Source: Sporomusaceae bacterium (GTDB taxonomy: Bacteria; Bacillota; Negativicutes; UBA1444). Taken from it: a stretch of 64,000 bases of DNA. The notes under the pieces were generated by a model, which made no database searches, was not told the origin of the DNA, and saw nothing but the letters and a program-made list of their open reading frames with translations. The translations under genes were made by a program, and so were the position numbers. The stretch is taken from assembly GCA_018434355.1 (NCBI GenBank), contig JAHDPL010000020.1, positions 182,255-246,254 on the forward strand. Direction: 5' to 3'. Below are positions 38,476-46,792 of the stretch, piece by piece (position 1 is the stretch's first letter; the number at the start of each line of letters is the position of its first letter).

Positions 38476-39510
38476 TTAGTTGTCTAGTTTCATGTCACCG
38501 TATTTGATCATGCCTTTTTTCCGCATGAATTCAGAAATCAACAGAGTCAGGATTGCCGGTAAAACAAAGTGCAACATGACAACCTTAAATATCACGTCTC
38601 CACCCATACCCATGGCTTCAAAAGTGCCGAACTGACCTACAAGACCGCTGGTCCCCATACCGGCGCCTGCCGGCACGTTTTTCATCGGCCAGATCGTTGT
38701 GGCAATCGGGCCCAGTATCGCCCCAGCCAAAGTGGGAGGCACCAGAATCATCGGACTACGCACTATATTGGGCACCTGCAGCATCGAAGTTCCCAGTCCT
38801 TGAGAAATCAGTCCGCCCCAGCCATTCTCACGATAACTGGCCACAGCAAAACCAACCATTTGCGCCGCACAACCGACGGTCGCAGCACCGGCCGCCAGCC
38901 CGCCCAATTTCAGCATCATCGCCAACGCGGCGCTGGAGATCGGCGCGGTGAGGATCAGGCCCATCATAACCGAGACAAGGATTCCCATCGGAATCGGATG
39001 CAGTTCGGTCGCTTTCATGATCAACGCACCCAAGGCAACCATCAAGGTGTTAATGGTCGGACCGATGAATACGCCGGTTGCGACGCCGGTGATAATCGTG
39101 ACCATTGGGGTAACGATGATGTCAACTTTGGTTTCTTTGGATACCAGCTTGCCGAACTCAGCGCCGATAACAGCGGCTACGAAACAACCAGCAGGTCCGC
39201 CGAGCTTGGCGCCGGCCATACCGGTGATGGTCGAGGCAAACAGGACCAGCGGAGGCGCTTTTAGGCCAAACGCAACCGACACGCCGATAGCGGGTCCCAT
39301 CATCGCCATGGCTTGCAGACCGTAATCCGTCAGAAGTTTGATGCCAGTCTTATCGCCAATGACTTTGAGAATAAGGCCGACGATAAGGGACGAAAAGAGT
39401 CCGAGCGCCATTGCGCCAAGTGCTTCGATACCATACCGATGCAAAGAGAACACGATGTTCTTCCGCTGAAGGAAACTTTGCTTTTCAGCTGCCGCAGGTG
39501 TAGTTGACAT
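38476..39510 (-). CDS. Polytopic membrane protein, PTS-EIIC-like/PfoR-type permease; candidate nicotinate (or intermediate) transporter
   Basis: 344 aa with about 10 TM segments rich in Gly/Ala. Lies inside the nicotinate-fermentation operon between ena and ndhM. Confidence 0.45.
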   Translation of the reverse strand: MSTTPAAAEKQSFLQRKNIVFSLHRYGIEALGAMALGLFSSLIVGLILKVIGDKTGIKLLTDYGLQAMAMMGPAIGVSVAFGLKAPPLVLFASTITGMAGAKLGGPAGCFVAAVIGAEFGKLVSKETKVDIIVTPMVTIITGVATGVFIGPTINTLMVALGALIMKATELHPIPMGILVSVMMGLILTAPISSAALAMMLKLGGLAAGAATVGCAAQMVGFAVASYRENGWGGLISQGLGTSMLQVPNIVRSPMILVPPTLAGAILGPIATTIWPMKNVPAGAGMGTSGLVGQFGTFEAMGMGGDVIFKVVMLHFVLPAILTLLISEFMRKKGMIKYGDMKLDN

Positions 39511-39549
39511 GGATTCATCCTCCTCTTTTTGTGTGGCTGTTGGCTCTGG

Positions 39550-40605
39550 TTATCCCTGGAGTTGTAGTTTAGCCAATACTTTGTCCGCGGTAATGGGGAG
39601 GTCGGTAATTCTGACACCGACTGCATTGTAAACGGCATTGGCAATAGCAGCAGCCGTTGGAATCAGAGCCGGTTCACCGACGCCCTTTGCTCCGAAAGGC
39701 CCGGTCACGGCAGGGTCTTCCACAATGATCGACTGAATCGGCGGCACGTCGAGCGATGTGGGCAGAACATACGTGGTAAAGTTTGCTGTCGCCACGTTCC
39801 CCTGCTTGACCTGGACTTCTTCCATCAATGCATAACCTAATCCGATTGCACACCCCCCTTCAATTTGGCCTTCCACGTTTTGCGGGTGAATGGCCTTGCC
39901 CACATCGTGGGCCGCAACGATTTGTATCACATCAACAACTCCGGTCTCCGTATCGACTTCCACTTCCACCACCTGTGTAGCATAAGCATAGGTCGCATAC
40001 GGCCTGCCTTGACCTGTTTCCATGTCAAGACCGGTAGTGTCGGGGTTGAACCAGCCATGCCCGAGCGATAGTTTTCCTTTGGCCCGGCATTTGGCGATGC
40101 AATCTACAATACTGATCGATTTGGCGTCGGTCCCCGGCGTCAGACCCAGCGCGATTTGGCACTCGGCCTGGCAATCGACCAGATCTTTGGATTTGTCGGA
40201 CTGGGTTCGCACGGTCAACATCCGATCCGCTGCAACAATATCGGCTACACCAACGCCGAGCGCCTCGGCTGCAGCTTCCACTATGACGGATTTGGCCTGT
40301 TGCGCTGCCATCCGCACCGCATTGCCGGAGATATAGGTCTGGCGGCTGGCCGACGATGCCCCCGCATCCGGCGTTACACCCGTATCGGCAGAAACGACCC
40401 GGACATCGCCGATTTTGACGCCTAGCTCTTCGGCGGCAATCTGGGCCAGCGCGGTAGTCGAACCTTGTCCGATATCGGCGCACCCTGTCAGCACCAGCAC
40501 AGTGCCGTCATCCAGTAAATCCACATAAGCGCCTGCCGGATTTGGCAAGCCGGTGTTTCCGATTCCATACCACATGGAGGCCATGCCGATTCCTCGTTTT
40601 TTCAT
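39550..40605 (-). CDS. ndhM: Molybdenum-hydroxylase Mo-binding subunit, C-terminal half (split large subunit); candidate nicotinate dehydrogenase medium subunit
   Basis: 351 aa of the XDH/CODH family C-terminal region (GQGSTTALAQIAAEELG ... GEPALIPTAAAIANAV). Confidence 0.8.
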   Translation of the reverse strand: MKKRGIGMASMWYGIGNTGLPNPAGAYVDLLDDGTVLVLTGCADIGQGSTTALAQIAAEELGVKIGDVRVVSADTGVTPDAGASSASRQTYISGNAVRMAAQQAKSVIVEAAAEALGVGVADIVAADRMLTVRTQSDKSKDLVDCQAECQIALGLTPGTDAKSISIVDCIAKCRAKGKLSLGHGWFNPDTTGLDMETGQGRPYATYAYATQVVEVEVDTETGVVDVIQIVAAHDVGKAIHPQNVEGQIEGGCAIGLGYALMEEVQVKQGNVATANFTTYVLPTSLDVPPIQSIIVEDPAVTGPFGAKGVGEPALIPTAAAIANAVYNAVGVRITDLPITADKVLAKLQLQG

Positions 40606-40615
40606 GTTCTCCCTC

Positions 40616-41887
40616 CTACCAGTTCAGTTCCATAGTCTTCTTCGCACCTGCGGTTGCGGCTTCCAGGGTTTCTACGATGCCCACACTGTCTTTCAGCTCA
40701 GTTCCCGTTCCAGTGAACGAGCCTGGGCGCAGGGCATTGATCAAACGAATTTTCAGCGGCGAAACGCCGAGTTTTTCAGCCAGGATATCCATCTGGCTTT
40801 CATGGGCGAATGCGACCTGCGGCACGCCAAAGCCGCGCATCGCGCCAGCCTGGGGATTGTTGGTATAGACGGTATAGGCGTCGACTTTCACGTTGGGGAC
40901 TTCATACGGCCCCATCACGTGAACTGCCGAGCGGGTCAAAGTACCTGGACCGTAGGAGGCGTAAGCGCCGGTGTCGCCGATGATGCTTGCTTCGAACGCC
41001 AGCAGTTTTCCATTGGCATCGCTGCCGCTCTTCAGTTTCATAATGAAGGGATGACGCTTTACACTGTTGGCAATCGACTCGTGCCGACTGTAAATCATTT
41101 TGACCGGACGCCGCGTCGCCACCGCCAACAAGCCTAGATGCACCTGAACCGAAACATCCAATTTGCCGCCGAAGCCGCCGCCGGTCGTCGCTTGGATCAC
41201 CCGGACCCGGTTAAGGCCGATGTTGAGATTGCGGGCGATTTCTTTCGCGTCATAATGGGGGTTTTGCGTACAGACCCAAACTGTGACAATATCGCCATCC
41301 AGCTTTGCCACGCCCGCTTCCGGCTCGATATAGGCATGTTCGGCCATTTGTGTCTGGTAGTCTTGTTCGACGATGACCGCACACTCGGCAAAGGCTTTTT
41401 CCACGTCGCCGCGGCGAATTTTTCGGACGGCCAGCACATTGCCTTTTTCATAGATTTTCGGCGCATCATCCTTCATCGCTGCGACCGGATCAAACACCGC
41501 CGGCAATTCATCCACCTTGACTTCGATCAAACGCAGAGCTTGTTCAGCAATTTCTTCGGTTTCCGCAGCGACCAGTGCAATCGGGTCACCGATTTTACGG
41601 ATTTTCTGACCATTTTTCACCAAGACCGGCTCATCTTTAATGATGATGCCGCTGCTGTTCGAACCGGGGATATCGTCGCCCGTCAATACGGAGACAACTC
41701 CAGGCAGCGCTTTTGCCTTGCCCGTGTCGACCGACAGCAGAACGCCGTGGGCAACCTTGCTGCGCAGTGTCTTGCCGTAAATCATGCCGGGGAACTGAAT
41801 GTCGGCAGCGTATTTTGCCACGCCGAGAACTTTTTCGACGGCATCCAGTTTTTGGACGGAATGGCCGATGACTTTGTAATCACTCAC
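40616..41887 (-). CDS. ndhL: Molybdenum-hydroxylase Mo-binding subunit, N-terminal half; candidate nicotinate dehydrogenase large subunit
   Basis: The start was re-placed at a GTG that overlaps the ndhS stop (GTGAGTGA), after a GGAGG RBS. The protein begins VSDYKVIGHSVQKLDAVEKVLG. Confidence 0.8.
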   Translation of the reverse strand: MSDYKVIGHSVQKLDAVEKVLGVAKYAADIQFPGMIYGKTLRSKVAHGVLLSVDTGKAKALPGVVSVLTGDDIPGSNSSGIIIKDEPVLVKNGQKIRKIGDPIALVAAETEEIAEQALRLIEVKVDELPAVFDPVAAMKDDAPKIYEKGNVLAVRKIRRGDVEKAFAECAVIVEQDYQTQMAEHAYIEPEAGVAKLDGDIVTVWVCTQNPHYDAKEIARNLNIGLNRVRVIQATTGGGFGGKLDVSVQVHLGLLAVATRRPVKMIYSRHESIANSVKRHPFIMKLKSGSDANGKLLAFEASIIGDTGAYASYGPGTLTRSAVHVMGPYEVPNVKVDAYTVYTNNPQAGAMRGFGVPQVAFAHESQMDILAEKLGVSPLKIRLINALRPGSFTGTGTELKDSVGIVETLEAATAGAKKTMELNW

Positions 41888-42353
41888 GGTCTTCACCTCC
41901 ACCTTGGCAGGCCACTTTTTCAATGGCGTTGACGATTTTGGTATAACCGGTGCAACGGCAGAGATTGCCGGAAATATGCCGGGAAATTTCTTCGCGTTTT
42001 GGATGCGGATTGACATCCAGCAACGATTTGGCGCTGAGCAACATTCCTGGCGTACAAAAGCCGCACTGTACCGCTCCCTCGGCGATAAACGCCTCTTGCA
42101 GCGGATGCAGTTTGTCATAGTCGCCAAGTCCTTCAACGGTTACGATATCATGCCCGTCGGCTTTTACCGCCAACATCAGGCAGGAATTCACATTTTTCCC
42201 GTCGACCAAAACGGTGCAGGCGCCACAGTCTCCTTCGCCGCAACCGACTTTGGTTCCTGTCAGTCCCAGCCGTTCCCGCAGCAAATCGACAAATAGCAAC
42301 TCCGGCTCGACTTCCAGTTCAATCGGTTTACCATTCAAAACAAATTTAATCAT
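41880..42353 (-). CDS. ndhS: [2Fe-2S] small subunit of the molybdenum hydroxylase
   Basis: The true start is MIKFVLNGKPIELEV. Contains CGEGDCGACTV and CGFCTPG ... CRCTGY motifs. Confidence 0.85.
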   Translation of the reverse strand: MIKFVLNGKPIELEVEPELLFVDLLRERLGLTGTKVGCGEGDCGACTVLVDGKNVNSCLMLAVKADGHDIVTVEGLGDYDKLHPLQEAFIAEGAVQCGFCTPGMLLSAKSLLDVNPHPKREEISRHISGNLCRCTGYTKIVNAIEKVACQGGGEDRE

Positions 42354-42357
42354 TCGT

Positions 42358-43230
42358 TTACTCACAAACGCACACCTCCATAGCCTGCTTCGTCGCCGCT
42401 TCCAAACACCGCTGCACAGTAACTCGCGCCAATTTTCCCCGGTGCGTTGCAGTACAACGGACGTCATCAATCGGTCGGACGCTTTGTTCGGCTTGCAACC
42501 CGGCTTCGGCAAACACTGCCGGTTCCGGTTTGCGACCGACCAACCACTTTTCTGTCTCGTACAGACGAACCGGCGTCGGACCGACCGATCCCAAAGCAAT
42601 GCGCGCTGCAGTAATTACGCCGCCCTGCACGCGTACCCAGGCCGCTCCATTGACAATCGAGCAGGCCAGCGCCTTGCGTTTGCCAAATTTGGCGAATGCC
42701 GCGCCTTCCCCTGCAGCAACCGGCGAAACATGGATTCCGGCGATATATTGGCCCGATTTTAGGCAAGTCCTGCCAGGTCCGACAAAAACTTTATCCAAAG
42801 GCAGATTTTCTGAGCCATTCGCGCTATTTAGCTGTACTTTTGCGTCAAGCGCCAACAATGCCGGTACAGTATCGGCCGCCGGCGAAGCATTGCCGATATT
42901 GCCGCCTACGGTTCCTGCATTGCGGATTTGCGGCGATCCCACTTCCGAAGCCGCCAGGCAGAGCGCGGCTGTTTTTTTGTTCATCACAGGCGAATCCATC
43001 AATTCCCTGTGCGTGACCAGCGGCCCGATCCAAAGAGAGCCGGCTGTTTCGCGAATCCCCTTGAGACTTTCAATCCCGCTGACGTCGACCAAATTGCGCG
43101 GAGAAATCAACTTCTCCTTCATCTTGACCATGACGTCGGTCCCGCCCGCCAAAAGGCAGTAGTCTTCCATCCCGTTCAAAAGAGCCGCCAATTCAGTTTC
43201 GCTTTTGGGACTGTGGTAATTGAACTGCAT
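42358..43230 (-). CDS. ndhF: FAD-binding subunit (CoxM/XdhB-like) of the molybdenum hydroxylase
   Basis: The true start is MQFNYHSPKS. Contains the FAD motif LLAGGTDVMV and AGTVGGNIGNASP. Confidence 0.85.
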   Translation of the reverse strand: MQFNYHSPKSETELAALLNGMEDYCLLAGGTDVMVKMKEKLISPRNLVDVSGIESLKGIRETAGSLWIGPLVTHRELMDSPVMNKKTAALCLAASEVGSPQIRNAGTVGGNIGNASPAADTVPALLALDAKVQLNSANGSENLPLDKVFVGPGRTCLKSGQYIAGIHVSPVAAGEGAAFAKFGKRKALACSIVNGAAWVRVQGGVITAARIALGSVGPTPVRLYETEKWLVGRKPEPAVFAEAGLQAEQSVRPIDDVRCTATHRGKLARVTVQRCLEAATKQAMEVCVCE

Positions 43231-43297
43231 TTTGTCACCCCACAACTACTTTTTTTGTTTTTACTGTTTTGTCCATTTTGACTCGTTCTGTTAATAT

Positions 43298-43313
43298 TGC
43301 AAATAGCGTGCCA
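43298..43313 (-). promoter_or_regulatory. Sigma-54 promoter (perfect -24/-12 consensus) for the nicotinate-fermentation operon
   Basis: Minus strand reads TGGCAC-gctat-TTGCA, about 70 nt upstream of the ndhF start. Confidence 0.8.
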
Positions 43314-43330
43314 ATCGGGTCATCACATCA

Positions 43331-43359
43331 ATGTCCGAAAAAAAATAACGCCCGGACAT
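43331..43359. promoter_or_regulatory. Inverted repeat atgtccg-N15-cggacat about 20-60 bp upstream of the -24 element; candidate activator or IHF-region site
   Basis: Seen directly. The spacer is A-rich. Confidence 0.3.
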
Positions 43360-43555
43360 GTTTCAAACATAGCCCAGACGCCTTTGTCTTTAAGCGTTTC
43401 TTCAATTTCCGCCCCGATGTAATTTTGTGGTTGTTGTCATTATAAAACAGTTTTTCGCAAAGCTCAAGAGGGACGGCTTTAAAAGCAACAAGGCCATTCC
43501 ATTTCATTTTTGCAATGTTTTACCACTACATCGACTGGCATGCAGTAAAATCAAG

Positions 43556-43613
43556 TCCGACCGAACATTTCAATTTTGCAACAGCAATTTCAAAATTGAA
43601 ATGCTCGGTCGGA
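43556..43613 (-). terminator. Long 22-bp-arm inverted repeat (one mismatch) immediately downstream of the sigma-54 activator gene. Either a terminator hairpin or a large palindromic operator
   Basis: Sequence tccgaccgaacatttcaatttt-N14-aaaattgaaatgctcggtcgga. The minus sense continues CUUGAUUUUACUG. Each arm contains TTGCAA-like cores. Confidence 0.45.
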
Positions 43614-43633
43614 TGCGGAAAAATATTTTTGTT

Positions 43634-45214
43634 CTAGGACGATTCCAGGCCCATTTCCACCATTTTTCGCCACAAAGTCGTTGTACTGATTCCCAACAGG
43701 CGAGCTGTTTCCTGCCGCGATCCGCCGCTAGCTTTGAGCGCCCGCAAAACACAGTCGCGCTCAGTTGCCCGCACCGCCTCAGCCAGTGACAAAATCGTTT
43801 GTTTCGCTCCGGCCCCGCCATGACCGGCTTGCAAGTACTGCGGCAAATGCTCGATTTCGATGCAATTTTCATTGATACTGATCACATTCATCGCATACTC
43901 AATGCAGTTTTGCAGTTCCCGCACATTGCCTGGCCAGTTATGCAACTGAAAGCGTTTTCGGCACTCGCCCGAGACGCCCATGACAAACTTGCCCAGCAGC
44001 TTATTGTAACGATTGACAAACACGCGGATAAAATCCGGGATATCATCGAGTCGGTCGCGCAGCGGCGGCACTTTGATCTGCACAACATTGAGCCGGTAGT
44101 AAAGGTCTTCACGAAACTTGCCATTGCGGACCATATCCAGCAAATCACGATTGGTCGAGGCAATCACCCGGACATCGACCTGAATCGGCTTCGACCCACC
44201 GATACGGGTCACTTCGCGTTCCTGCAACACCCGCAGCAATTTGCTTTGCAATGTGAAATCCGTTTCTCCTAGTTCATCGAGAAAGATCGTTCCGCCATCG
44301 GCTTGTTCAAACGCGCCGGGATTGCCGCTTTTTTTCGCGCCGGTGAACGCGCCCTCATCATAACCGAATAGATAGCTCTCGATAATAGTTGCGGGAATCG
44401 CACCGCAATTAATCGCAACAAACGGCTTGCTGGCCCGGTCACTGGCGTTGTGGATGCTTTGGGCGAAAAGCTCCTTGCCGGTTCCAGTCTCGCCGGTGAT
44501 CAGTACGGACGAAACGCCCTTGGAAACATAGGAAGCCATATTGCTGACTTTTTTTATCGCCTCGCTGCTACCGACAATATCAGAAAAGCTGTAACGGGCG
44601 TACTGGAACTTTTTGAACTCCTCAATCAGTTTCTGCTGGCGCTGGACGCCGTGAAGGTTGTTGAAGCCAAAACCAAAGCGCTTGGTGATTGGAATCCTAA
44701 CCGCCACTGCGCCGATATCGGACATTGACTGGCCGATAACCGGTCGTTGCGTTTGCATCGCTTCCCTCGCCGCCACGCTGACTTTGCCAATGAATTTGTT
44801 TTCTTCGCCGGTCGGGTCATAGCTAGCTAAACGCTGGCCTTCCGCATCAAAAATGACCGCTTCGCCGCCGGCCACCCTGGCAATGAACGGCAATGCCTGT
44901 TTCAAAGATTCCTGTAGCTGATCGTCCCGCAACACCCGTTCCAAATTGCTGGCCGACAATACATAGTCGCCAATCGGTAAACTCCACGCTTCGGCGCTTT
45001 CAACAATTTGCGAAGGACCCGCCGTCAAAGTCCCGCTCTCAGAAGCCTGCCGGGCCAAGTCAAATACCAGCCCCTTCAATTCGGCGATCTCTTCCCCTTC
45101 GGAATCAACTGTTTTGATCCTTACACCGCAGCGGTCGGTTAGCGTCGCGTAGCCGCCGGTGATGCGGGCAATAATTGGCAATGCCTCCAGCAGCATCCGG
45201 GTCGAATTGTCCAT
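43634..45214 (-). CDS. Sigma-54-dependent transcriptional activator with a novel ~200-aa N-terminal sensor domain; candidate nic-cluster regulator
   Basis: 526 aa with AAA+ motifs [14 protein letters not shown] and ESYLFGY, and a C-terminal [16 protein letters not shown]. Immediately upstream of the sigma-54 promoter of ndhF. Confidence 0.85.
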   Translation of the reverse strand: MDNSTRMLLEALPIIARITGGYATLTDRCGVRIKTVDSEGEEIAELKGLVFDLARQASESGTLTAGPSQIVESAEAWSLPIGDYVLSASNLERVLRDDQLQESLKQALPFIARVAGGEAVIFDAEGQRLASYDPTGEENKFIGKVSVAAREAMQTQRPVIGQSMSDIGAVAVRIPITKRFGFGFNNLHGVQRQQKLIEEFKKFQYARYSFSDIVGSSEAIKKVSNMASYVSKGVSSVLITGETGTGKELFAQSIHNASDRASKPFVAINCGAIPATIIESYLFGYDEGAFTGAKKSGNPGAFEQADGGTIFLDELGETDFTLQSKLLRVLQEREVTRIGGSKPIQVDVRVIASTNRDLLDMVRNGKFREDLYYRLNVVQIKVPPLRDRLDDIPDFIRVFVNRYNKLLGKFVMGVSGECRKRFQLHNWPGNVRELQNCIEYAMNVISINENCIEIEHLPQYLQAGHGGAGAKQTILSLAEAVRATERDCVLRALKASGGSRQETARLLGISTTTLWRKMVEMGLESS

Positions 45215-45295
45215 CCGGCGCTCCCCCTTTGCGTATCCTACCTCCTCATTTTGCCCGGGTTTGCCGGTGTTGTCAACACACTGTCGCCGTGACTG

Positions 45296-45829
45296 TTATT
45301 TGCGACTCTCCACCAAAGATAACACACCAACATGCTTGCGCAACTTGCCGACGACGGGCAGCACAACTGCCGACGCCACGCCGATCTGAACCAGATTGCC
45401 GGGAATCGACGTCAGCGGAGCCAGCCAGTTGCCGTAAATAAGCCCTTCGGCAGCATAATAGCCGACCACTTTGATCAGGCACGCTACTGTTAAAGCCACG
45501 GCATACGCCGTCAGGCTGCGGCGGTTCTCACAAATCGTGCCGACGCTATAGCCCATCAGGCCGACGATGACCAGCGTAAACGGCGCCCACAACAGCCAGC
45601 CGCCTACCACGTCAAACAAAGCCATGCCCAGGCCGCCAGCCAGAGCACCCAGCCGGCGCCCGTAAAGAATCGCGATAATAAACAGCGGCACATTGCCCAG
45701 ATGAATCAATCCGCCATTAGCGGCAATCGGCAGCCGCACATTGACAAAGGACGTAAAGGCAAAGACGAGCGCAATCCCCAAGGCTGCAGTAACAATTTGC
45801 CGGGTTGGACTAAAATTGTGCTGATCCAT
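45296..45829 (-). CDS. ECF-transporter substrate-specific (S) component; likely pyridoxine/vitamin-type
   Basis: About 177 aa with five or six TM segments. Start taken at MDQHNFSPTRQIV, 5 nt after the pdxK stop. The track's N-terminal extension is rejected. Confidence 0.55.
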   Translation of the reverse strand: MDQHNFSPTRQIVTAALGIALVFAFTSFVNVRLPIAANGGLIHLGNVPLFIIAILYGRRLGALAGGLGMALFDVVGGWLLWAPFTLVIVGLMGYSVGTICENRRSLTAYAVALTVACLIKVVGYYAAEGLIYGNWLAPLTSIPGNLVQIGVASAVVLPVVGKLRKHVGVLSLVESRK

Positions 45830-45834
45830 CGCCG

Positions 45835-46644
45835 TCACGCTTTCGCCAAGCGGTGGGCAGCATGGTATGTCGGACCCACGTAGGAATTGATTGGGAATCC
45901 ATGCTGAATGGCTTGAGTTACAAACTTTTTCGCTTTGGCGACAGCATCCGGCACGCCGAGGCCCTGGGCCAATCCGGCCGAAATCGCCGCGGCATAGGTG
46001 CAACCGGCGCCATGCGTATACTCGGTATTGATTTTCGGTGATTCAAACATAGTAAATTCCTTTCCGTCATACAGCAGGTCAACCGCACTCTCCGTCCCCA
46101 GTTTGGCGCCGCCCTTGATCAGCACATACTTGGGTCCGAGCGCGAAAATCTTGATCGCCGCCTGCTTCATCGTCTCGACCGACTGAATACGAATCCCGCT
46201 CAATTGGCTGGCCTCAAACACATTCGGCGTAATCACGGTCGCCAACGGAGCAAGCTGCTCACTGATCGCCACCGCCGATTCCGGATGCAGCACTTCATCG
46301 GTGCCTTTGCAGATCATAACCGGGTCAATCACGATGTTTTTTACTTGATACTGTTTCAGTTTTCTGGCAACCAGCGCAATGATCTCCACCGTACCGAGCA
46401 TGCCGGTCTTCATCGCATCTACACCAATACCGCCCAGCACGGTATCAATCTGTGCTTCCAGCGCATTCAGCGGCAACGGATAAACATCATGGGCCCAGTT
46501 GTTGGTTGGATTCTGCGCAACCAGCACAGTAATGGCCGTCATGCCGTATACGCCATATTCCTGAAAGGTTTTGATATCCGCCTGCAAGCCGGCGCCGCCG
46601 CTGGTGTCCGACCCCGCTATCGTGAGAGCCTTTGGTACATTCAT
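45835..46644 (-). CDS. pdxK: Pyridoxal/pyridoxine/pyridoxamine kinase of the ThiD/HMPP-kinase family (Bacillus PdxK type)
   Basis: Start at MNVPKALTIAGSDTSGGAGLQADIKTF. Contains YTHGAGCT and a ribokinase-fold anion hole. Confidence 0.8.
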   Translation of the reverse strand: MNVPKALTIAGSDTSGGAGLQADIKTFQEYGVYGMTAITVLVAQNPTNNWAHDVYPLPLNALEAQIDTVLGGIGVDAMKTGMLGTVEIIALVARKLKQYQVKNIVIDPVMICKGTDEVLHPESAVAISEQLAPLATVITPNVFEASQLSGIRIQSVETMKQAAIKIFALGPKYVLIKGGAKLGTESAVDLLYDGKEFTMFESPKINTEYTHGAGCTYAAAISAGLAQGLGVPDAVAKAKKFVTQAIQHGFPINSYVGPTYHAAHRLAKA

Positions 46645-46792
46645 TTCTAAAAATCCTCCTGTCAACCGAATAATATTTTTTGCATCGCTACTCGGCGAAA
46701 CATGGTTGTATTATAAAATAAATCTGGTACTATTGAAATGTACAGAATTTAATTTTTAAACAATGACAGTTGTAAAAGGTGGACAGATTTAC

